The notes beneath the pieces were generated by a model. The model searched no databases, was not told the DNA's origin, and was given only the letters and a program-made list of their open reading frames with translations. A stretch of DNA of 61,860 bases, the filler included, from Choristocarpus tenellus KU-1152 (Eukaryota; Protista; Phaeophyceae), in NCBI GenBank assembly GCA_964200185.2. It is 11 parts of 11 records of this genome, joined end to end, with 100 filler letters (N's around TTAATTAATTAA, not from the genome) between each part and the next. Parts side by side here need not be neighbours in the genome. Positions count along the whole stretch, not along the records: positions 46,311 to 53,547 come from CAXNAD020006488.1; positions 53,648 to 56,166 come from CAXNAD020027132.1; positions 56,267 to 61,860 come from CAXNAD020010305.1; 8 more parts are not named here. One strand, 5' to 3'. Positions within the stretch are counted from its first letter, which is position 1, and each line of letters starts with the position of its first letter. Shown here in pieces: positions 52,261 to 61,860 of this stretch. The position numbers and the translations under genes are program-made.

Positions 52261-55200
52261 TTGGTAAGGGTGATTGTTACTACGGTGTGGTAGAATTGGT
52301 TCAATGATATTGTTAAGTGTTGGGTGATTCTTTGAAGGTTAACAGGAAACATTATCTGGAAGAGTTTGAGACATGTTTGGTAACTCAATCGCAATGCATT
52401 CCTCCCAGGTTGGCTCGCAAGTGAAGCTATTGCCAAGCAAGGTTCTTCATTGCTACCTTTTTGGGTTGTTGATCAATCTACCTACAGTCCTTGGTTTGAT
52501 AAGTACGCAAGCCATAGATCTGGTGAGAATAGCATGTAGGTAAGCCTGGCACACACTGATTCAATCACACGGTATACTTCAGTTGAACGTTTGTGTGAGG
52601 ATGCACACAACAAATTCACCCTTTCAAAATATAGTATCTGTTCACATATGGGAAGGTTGTGTAGTTGACTCAAGCACGTGCAGTGCTAAGAGGAGGGAGC
52701 TTGATGGTGTGGTACACAACTGCAGGTTGTGACGTAAAAACGAAGTGGAGACACTACTAGGTGGGGTGGGGATTGAATGGGGGTCAAGATCTGATTAGTG
52801 CCTTGGATAATATTGTGATACAGTGAAAAATGGTGTTTGTGCAAGGTGTCAACAACTATAAGGGCAGGTGCAATTTTTTTTTGACATGTTGTTCCCTCTT
52901 CGGTAGTCAAATTTGCAACCTAAGTGCAGTAAATGACCACGGTACATGCATAGTTCACGTTTGGTTGAGGGTCAGTGATTGTGCCTTGACCTTGCCTTGA
53001 CATTTTCGTTTGGGCGTAACCACTTCTTTGAATGGAAGGTCCTCCTAAGGAGTGAAAGTGTCTTAGAGGGTACGACTTTTGCCCTGTTTGTCCATTTGGA
53101 GCTTGGCTTCCCACGTTTTCTTAATGGCATTTTCCTACTCGAAAATGTTTCGGAGTAGGTAAAATGTATATGTTATGAAAAGGTGTGTCCAGAACATGGA
53201 TATTGACGCTTCCTAACAAACACGATAGCCAAATTACATCAAAATCGCAACATTGGNNNNNNNNNNACGGCTCTACCCTCTAAGATACTTTGGCTCAAGA
53301 CTTGATACTTTACTGGACTGTTGACATTGTTGCATCTGGCTGACACTACGATGCCAATGGGGACCATGATGATGAAGCCAAGGAAAATATGAGTGTAAAA
53401 TCCTCCTACAATGGAGCTTGAAGGGTGAAGTGGTCAATATGTCCAGTCTTTTCGAAATATTTGAAAGATGACCTCTGTTAAAGAAACTGGTGTTCCCAAG
53501 ACTTGTGTGTGTAAATAACTCGATTATTTCCTCATTATGTAGAACAGNNNNNNNNNNNNNNNNNNNNNNNNNNNNNNNNNNNNNNNNNNNNTTAATTAAT
53601 TAANNNNNNNNNNNNNNNNNNNNNNNNNNNNNNNNNNNNNNNNNNNNTTTACAACACCATGATTCCTCTTCCTTCGTAGTCTATGTATCATATACAATGC
53701 ATTCGATTCAGGTTTCAACAGGGTTCGGTGTGCGAAGAAATCAAGATGTGCCACATGAGGAGTGAGACTCGCAGAGCCAACGTGGTAAGTGCTAGAGCAG
53801 CTAAAACGGTTCGTATCAGCCAAGATAGTGAATCAATCCATTTACAGACCACATGTCATATTTTCCCCCACTTGTTCAAACAAAGGACAGGGGTTAGTTT
53901 CGCATACAGGTATAGGTCATGGTCAGGGTCAGGGTCAGGGTTAGGATGGGGTTGGGGGTTGAGGTATAGGGTTACGTTATTGAAAGATGCGTGCAAAAGA
54001 ATTAAACATAATATTACAGTTGTGGCTCCCGAAGAGGGGGAGGTTTCCCTGTGTGCTGCATCACCAAAATCCCCTACAAATGCAAAACAAACAGCATTCC
54101 AGCACTCTGCGGACAATCCTTCCAAACAAAGCATGTACTTGGCATGTACTGTTTGTATGTTCAGTAGACATATGCTCTATGTAGTATTGCCATTATACAC
54201 CAAGAAATGGAGAAGGAACAAACTCTGTAGAAGCTTTATGTGCGCATGGATCAGAAGATTCACTCCCAGTCGTAGAATTCAAAACACGACCCCCATCTTC
54301 TCTTGCAGTCTTCCTTTATTATGTTCTTCTTCTTTCCCTCTTTTCCCTCCTTGGACAGTGGGGGTACAATCGATACGCCCCTAGGTGTAACAGCCCTTGA
54401 CGGTTTGGCAGAGGCCTCATCAAGAGTGACTGCCATAACCTCTGTAGCTGGTGAGTTGGAGTGGGTGGGGGTGGCCATCTGACTTTCCTTCTCCATGTTT
54501 CGCTTGCCATGGGAGCGATAGGGATAATAGCAGGTAGGTGGGAAGGAATACAATCGAGCAGTAGGTACATGAGGGCACGGCATGTTCATTGAGGTGCTCG
54601 AGAGGACGTTTGATCCTTTGCTCAAAGGCAAAAAGATAGTTTGTGTGTAGTTTGTGTGAGGGTAGGTAGGGATGACTGAAGCACGGTGGTGGGTAGGGGA
54701 ATTGAGACAAGCTCGTTCCAGAATAACACCGAGCAGGCAGGGTATTACTACCCCTGTTGCGAATACCTCCTGTCTTTCCAACAAAACAAACAAAACAATT
54801 ATTGTGAGCAACCAAGTGACTGAGTGACTCATTGAAGGGACCAATGCGACTCTTGTTGCTACCTATGCTTCTCGTCATGGCCTCTCCTCCATCTCAGCCC
54901 TGAGATATAACCAGCCAGATGGAAACGAGGCATACTGAGTATGTATGTGCATACACAAACACGCACACAGATGCATATATGTGTGTATAAATATATATAT
55001 ATATATATTCTGGGGTATGCACTCAGTGGGTTTGTTCAGTATTTTTCCCTTGTAACTCACCACAATCAACCCCCGTCCCCAGACTACAAACGGAGAAGTC
55101 GTGCACTTCTCACGCTGTGAATTTCCTTCTTCGAGTGGCATGGCTGGTGGCACCAGTAGCTTCTCACCAGCTTTCTGGGTTGCAGTGGGCAAGGCCACAC

Positions 55201-55879
55201 TACCGATGGTAGTGATTCCACACTACCGATGGTAGTGATTCCACACTTTCCCTCGCCACAACTGAGGGCGGCTGATGCAAAGAGCAGCAGAACAACATGG
55301 GCAAACGCTGAGAACACCAGAGCCAGGTTAAGCTTGCTTGTCCATATGTGTGGAGATGATGATATCCCAGGCTGTTGTGGCGCACCCTCAGGGGGATCAC
55401 TGACTCGGACCTCTGGCAGGTCTTTCATAACTTCAAGGATGCAGGCTTCTAATGCTCGCGAACACTGCCAGGGCATCTGGTATATGAACAAAATAGGCGA
55501 GGAGAGAAGAGGGGAAGAGAGGGGGAACTTGATGACTGTGGTGCAGCAAATACTACAAAAAAACTAGGTCACGATACAACTGTAGGTAGCTCCTCGACTT
55601 GGTCTGGAATCGCCTTCCACATCTTGGCTGATGAATGTAGAGCTCTACACCTAATGATACTGCAATAGGTCAGAGTGCAAGTTTAAGCTCTCTACGATGC
55701 TGCTGTTGTTGTGAGTATGGAAAGTAATAGCAAACTCACCAGGTTTGCTTTGTTGGAGAGGTCGTATATTCCATCTCTCCCACTCGGTGGCACTGGCACC
55801 GTAACCTCTGCAAGTGGGAACCAGTTTGGCTCCATTGTGTCGTAAAGTCTTACGAGCAAATGGTTCGAACTCATACACG

Positions 55880-56110
55880 GAACCTACAAGACTCGAGGAG
55901 ATGAGATCCGTCAATGGACGAGGTAGACATGTTGAACTATCCCACACTGGACCCGCGGCTTTTATGGTGCTTTAATGAAGGACAAAGTACAGCTTGATAT
56001 AGATGAACAATGTTAATATGACAAGGGCCGTTGTGGTCTCTACTCCGATGACTGAGAAGGTGGGTAAGACCAGTGCAGCCTACCATGTGGGATTTGCAAC
56101 GTCCACATGG
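55880..56110 (+). mobile_element. Copia remnant related to 1-1060
   Basis: 64-bp near-exact match to the reverse complement of 1-64, followed by a decayed protease-like 'W V..D S A A Y H V' near 56060-56090. Confidence 0.45.
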
Positions 56111-57016
56111 ATTATCAGAAAATAATCATATCTACTTATGATACGTGCCATACATGATATATCAACNNNNNNNNNNNNNNNNNNNNNNNNNNNNNNNNNN
56201 NNNNNNNNNNTTAATTAATTAANNNNNNNNNNNNNNNNNNNNNNNNNNNNNNNNNNNNNNNNNNNNCCCGCCGGCGCCCCTCACCCCTCGCCCCCCCCCC
56301 CTCCTCCCTTCCCCCTCCCCCCCGGGTTTAATTCGTTTTCTTATCAACAGGCAAAAAAGAAGGGTTGGCTCTCTCTCTCTCTCCCTTTTCAAGAATCTTT
56401 GACAACAGCGACAGCAGCCCAGTTGGTTCAAGGGTTAGGGTTAGGGTTCAAGCGATGACGTACCTACGTTCAAGGGTTAGCGTTAGCGAACCGTACCTCA
56501 CCCCTCCCGTAACTGCCAAAAAAAATAAAAAAAAATATATATATTCATTTTCTTTTTTCAACAGAGAGCTTTTAACAAGACGGCAGAGATTCGCAGTAGT
56601 GGCATCAGTTTATTATTATTATTTTTATATATATATATATATATATTTTAATTGTCGTGCGTCGCTCGCAGGAGGAGGGGGAGGTCGCATTAGGGTTAGG
56701 GCCAGGTCACACAGAAGACTGGGCCTGCAGAGGGCACCACAAGGACCCAGTCCGTATTCGGTGTTGGAATTCGCAGTATCTCAAAACCTCTTCTTAAAAA
56801 CATCCTGACAGTACACAAAACCACTGATGAACATCCTGCAAACCGAAATCGTTCTGTTGACAAATTACAATGATGATAATGGCTAGAAGTATCTGGGGGG
56901 GGGGGGGGGGGGGGGGGGTTGGCACCGGGGGGACTCCCGTTTTTCCCCTCCGACCCAGGGCATGTCCCCTCCCTTCCTCCATTGCCCCAGCNNNNNNNNN
57001 NTAAGAGGGAGGGAGA

Positions 57017-57064
<48 letters not shown>

Positions 57065-57422
57065 TTCTACACCAGGGCGTCCATTCATTCGGATCCTGAC
57101 CAGGAGAAGTGCACTTCCATTATCCATCTGACGCATGCAAACAAATCACACAAGAATCACGACATGCAAAAATTGGCCCCCAAATGGACAGTCGCCACCC
57201 CCCCCCCCAAGATACTTCGAGCCAATAATAAAATAATACTAATACTAACAATGATAATAGTACTAATAATAATATATAATAATGATAATACTACTACTAC
57301 TACTACTACTACTAAATTCAATCTCATTGAGATTACAGACTTAACCATCTACTAGCATCTAACTGGTGCCTACAGGACTGGAGTAGACTAATAAAAAATA
57401 AAATGCACAAACCGGTCACACA

Positions 57423-57459
<37 letters not shown>

Positions 57460-57669
57460 ACAGACACGAAAGGAAGGGGTGCTCGAAACAAGGCAAAAAA
57501 ACAATGGGTTTCCGTCACCTAGCAGGCAACTAAAGAACGGTCCAAAGGTCAACTTGTACCTTCCTTTGTCACATTTTTTCTTTTTCTTCAAGGATGCAAT
57601 AAAAAAATACATAGACAACGATGATACATTTTTCGACTCCGTACTGAATATACTGTGTTGAGTGAGTGA

Positions 57670-57862
57670 ATGTGGTATTCCGGACCAAGGTACAGATGGT
57701 TCCAGGTTGAATATGGTATTCTGGACCAAGCTACAGATGGTTCTAACTTGAAATTCATATTCTGGACCAAGGTACGCATGGTTCCAGGTTGAATATGGTA
57801 TTCTGGACCAAGGTATGGATTGTCCCGATTTGAATTTCATATTCTGGACCAAGGTACCGATG
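57670..57862. repeat. 41-bp minisatellite x ~5 with alternating variants (82-bp dimer)
   Basis: TATTC(T/C)GGACCAAG at 57676, 57717, 57758, 57799, 57840. Confidence 0.9.
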
Positions 57863-58608
57863 TCCTACTTACCTTCGCCTTCTGGGCATTTGGTTCTCAA
57901 TATCCCTGAAATGTTCACCTCTCGGGCAGAGGATTGCACACAGGACTAGAAACCAATAGCCCAATCTACACTAGGGATACATCCCTACCTTGATTGCCAA
58001 TCAGTGTTATAAAATAAATAATATATATATATATATATATATATAACAGGAGGAGGAGGAGGAGGAGAAGACACAATTAGGTCAACAAGGAAATATCAAA
58101 GAGCCAATTAGATTGCTCGCTGAAAAAAAAAGAGTCAAATGTGTTTTCAATCTAACGGTATAGTGCTAAAACCCTATAGTGTGAACTCTTGACTTCTACA
58201 CCACATCTTGTGCGCGTTCGCTTCAAGATAATTCTCACTCGCTGAGGCAACGGAGACACACCGATTTCTGGCACCATAAGCTGATGCCAAAAGAAGGTAC
58301 GAATACCTTGGTAGTGATGTCTCCAGTGAAATGGAAATGGTGTAACTGCCATGGGGAAAAAATGAGGTGTTTGTTTCGGCAATACACAAGTCCCTTGGTT
58401 GTTAGACTGTAGAGGAGCTTGAAAAAAGCCACTAGTGAATCCTCTAAGCCGACCCTAACACTAAGCCTAGTTCCAACACAAAATGACATTTCGAATGCGA
58501 CTATGCTACTCAACATTACGTCGTTACACTGAGTACTGCAGTGACTTCCATACGCAAGAAAAATGTACCACATTCGTTCAAGCCCTACAGAGCGATTTTA
58601 TCGCTCAC

Positions 58609-59714
58609 CAGGGTGCTTGCGTATCCGCAGAAGTTGGGGCTTGCGTTTGTGTCTGGAGAGATCTGGTATCAGGGCAGCTTTTGCCGCGGCATCGACCTTT
58701 TCCCTTTCTGCCCACTCCTCCTTTAATCGCTGCATGTAGTCGCCTTTTGCCACACCCACGCGCAATTTATTCCCCTTCCACCTTCACTCAGACGTTCGTT
58801 GACCGGCCAGGGCGAGGTAGGCACATCAAAGGAAACGCAGTTGATATGGTGGTTTGTGAGGGTCTGGTAGATAGACCAAGGCAGCGATTTGAGATTACTT
58901 GCTGGAGTTGAATCCGTGATAAAACTCTGCCCTCAAAGTGCGTAAGTTCAACTGGCAATCGCTACCAGATATTCATGTCACCCATGAGCGGATGCATAGT
59001 AATTGCTCGACAAAGTGCCACAAGTTAACTTTAGCAGAAGCCTTCCATCAAGCCTGCAGCTTACGTGGTGTTGCGAGACAATTCGACAGGCCTCAGGCCT
59101 CATGTTTGCACGTCCGGACGCGAGGTTAGCAAGACGGGATTTGAACCTCTAACACAATCACACTGACTTACTTTGTCCCATTGTAGACGTTGATGACCTG
59201 TTGAGCACCATCCTTCGCGGCCTCGACACCTGTTACTGTTACATAGCCGAATCCACGTTCAAGACCTGTCGACAAATCCTTAATCACTTCGGCTGAAGGA
59301 AACGCACTCCCCGCAGGAAGGGCTCGAGCAAAAAGGCTTGCGAGGTCATTGGAGTTGACCCCTTTAGGGAGTCCCCCAACTACAGGAGTTCAAGGAAATC
59401 ATGTTTGGATGATACACGCCCAAATGGTTGAAGGTGAGGACGTGATTTGAGTCTGTTAGCAGCTTCAGATAAGCACACGAGGCGGCGATAGGGTAGGCTC
59501 TACGATTGATACAAAACCACGACACTATAGTCGACACACCACGCAACTGCACCAAGTATTCAAGGTATAGGATATTGAAAGGGCGACAGAGGTCCAACAC
59601 AACCATAGATTTGCCTCTTCATTCAGACCCAGTTAACTAGAAGCAACTTCCAATTTGAATCTAGCTTAATAACTTGCCATGAATCCTGACTGCTACCTCC
59701 TTGTCCTCGTTCAT
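58609..59714 (-). CDS. NOL8/Nop8-like RRM protein, first three exons (59714-59678, 59379-59172, 58781-58609); 3' exons unresolved
   Basis: Spliced 'MNEDKEVAVRIHVGGLPKGVNSNDLASLF...ERGFGYVTV...VYNGTKWKGNKLRVGVAKGDYMQRLKEEW' has RNP2/RNP1 and the NOL8-type NGxKWKG..L...AK..Y..RL..E signature. Absent from the ORF track. Confidence 0.8.
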
Positions 59715-60139
59715 AGCTTTGCATGTGGGATTACAATCGTCGTCTTATGGGATCAGGCAAACAACATTGGAGTTCCATAACTTCTCAGGCTTGCTGGAAT
59801 ATTTTGAAATGGATTTTGGAAATTTAGCAGATCTCTTATGATCTGGTATATATTGACACAACTTTCCATCCCTGTACAAGTGGCACGTATTCAACTCGCC
59901 CCCCTCCGACTGAGCACATCCGTCTCTTCTAGGCCAGTTCGTGCTTACTCCAGTGATATCTGAAGCGGTTGATATTATCTAATTTCAGCCAATACCCTTA
60001 TGCAGTAACGGCTGAGGCAAACGGACCTGTTTTGTGCCAAGAGACGAAGGCTACACATAGGCCGCAGGTGTGGAACGAGGTGTGAGTGCTGAAAAAAATA
60101 GAAATCTGTTAAAGCCCGTAATCCTCGGGTGTGTCTACC

Positions 60140-61648
60140 ATGGAACGGAGGCATTCTGCTGCCATGTACAAGGACAGCGTGGGGGCACTACTCCGTCGAG
60201 AACCTGACACAACGCCTGTGAGCAGGTGCGTGCATGCTTTTTTCGTCACATACTTACTCAAGCATCATTTTACACACAAGCAATTTCGAATTATGAAGAA
60301 GGAAGGTTCATATTATAGTCGCCATGTCAATCTTGGTAACTCTGCCCCACACTCACCCTGATCTCATGGCACCCATCCTTCCGTTCTCTCCTTTCCCCTG
60401 TGGAATCGCGATCAACGTTGAGACAGAGGGTGTCGAGCAAGTTGAAATTTGCCCTTCCGTTTGTATCGCCTTATACTGAAGTCGCTTTTCCTTCTTCCTA
60501 CACTCCCCCCTCTCGTACATGCCAAGAAAAGACGGAGACTCAGTGCCCCCTCAAAGGACTACCGACGAGACAACCGCATGGCCATCAAGGACATCCAGGC
60601 ACAAAACCGACAGGTGATATGTTTTATCCCTACTAATTTAGTTGTGAGCTATAGTAGTAGTTATTAGTAGCAAAGCGTTGTGTTGCTGTATTACCACAAA
60701 TACGCATTTTGCCTGTCAGACCATCTCTCAGCAAAAAAAAGTGCACTTCAAGTTTTTTCAACTCCATATCATAATGCCAATGTTATGCTTAGTTTTCATT
60801 GTCTATGGGTAAAAGAGTCGTGTTCAACATGGTTCCGTAACTCGACTCCAATTTGCTCGTCCCAACTCTTCCTACTTTCGATCCTCCGCTATCAGAAACA
60901 AAAACACCTCTCTTCTTCCAATCGCTCCAAAAATGTTGTCATAAACTCTTTGTTGTAAAATTTCTTCTTTGTCGATGCCGCAGCGACGAGAACATGAGAC
61001 TGCACCTGCTGCTGAACCGTTCAAAATGGAGCAGTTCAAGAATGTCAAATCGCGCTTTGCTTCCACACCGGTACGATGGGGAGGAGAGTACAGTTTTTTT
61101 ATTGCCAATGGAGTCAAGTTTTTTGGGGTGTGTGTGGAGATGGCTTGAGGAACACATCTGGGAAAAAAACTCAAGATGCCAATAGACCCAGCTCAGATCA
61201 TCATCTCCCAAATCAGTCCAGCGTTTTATGTTCTTCATGTCTCACTTGAGTGTATCTTGTGCTCACACTTGTCCACATCCACACAGACGTCCCCCCCTTC
61301 CCTACCCATACCCAACAATGCTGATGTCAGACAGTGTGCTTTTGTCACCGCTTCAGCGACAGATACGACATGCTCAGCCTACTCCTTAGTGAGCGCATCA
61401 ATCGCCACGATATGCAGCAAAAAAAACAACAGTGCAGGTTGCGCAAGAGATCGATATAATCGCCTACTTCACCACCATGAACTCCTTCCTCTCTGTATCC
61501 TCACCCCCCCCCCTCTTCTCAAATGCTCGCGTGCTTGTTGTTATCACGATTGGTTACGATTCGCTATCGTTATTGTTGTGTGCAGGAATCGGAAAACAAG
61601 GGGGTTGAATCCAAGCACGAGTTCCTTCGCCGGGGCTTCCGTGATAAG
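60140..61648 (+). CDS. Enkurin-family (ENKD1-like) protein, 5' exons (60140-60225, 60532-60613, 60984-61070, 61586-61648)
   Basis: Phase-consistent GT-AG exons give 'KDYRRDNRMAIKDIQAQNRQRREHE...EPFKMEQFKNVKSR...HEFLRRG', resembling the ENKD1 N-terminal region. Confidence 0.55.
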
Positions 61649-61860
61649 GTAAGACTAGCCAGTGCTTTCCCCAATGCAAATCCATCTTCTTGAGTGTGCC
61701 TACATAGACTGCCACTATGATACATACACTCCCTCTGTCCCGTCATAAGTCTGTCCTGTTATTGTGTGTGCGTGCACCTCTTTGGGACTGACCTCCGATA
61801 AAAAAAAAGAAAAAGAAAACGGAGCTTTGCGATGGATCCCCCGGAATATATATATATATA

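Noticed and set aside
56431-56448. Telomere (TTAGGG)n; also near 31228 and 56690
   Set aside because: Only 2-3 interstitial units.

Overview
Eukaryotic, intron-rich DNA, almost certainly from a brown alga (a complete alginate mannuronan C5-epimerase gene is present). The window is 11 contigs joined by artificial 100-bp N/TTAATTAATTAA/N linkers, so adjacency across gaps cannot be trusted. Genes reconstructed by hand: mannuronan C5-epimerase (14 exons), a CCT-motif protein (3' part), TTI2 (3' part), a head-to-head pair of NOL8-like RRM and ENKD1-like genes, and a protein kinase pseudogene. Much of the rest is decayed transposon sequence: Copia, hAT, non-LTR remnants, and a Sola2-like transposase with two related MITE families showing 3-bp TSDs. 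The most unusual signal is two separate genes with a ParB/Srx-like (D/N)G(N/Q)HR domain (38.4-40.0 kb, minus; 44.9-45.9 kb, plus, largely missed by the ORF track). Each lies next to tandem arrays, one being a palindrome-rich ~79-bp satellite with a 4-mer higher-order repeat. This may be an undescribed ParB-encoding mobile element. All family assignments come from motif recognition by eye; no searches were run.
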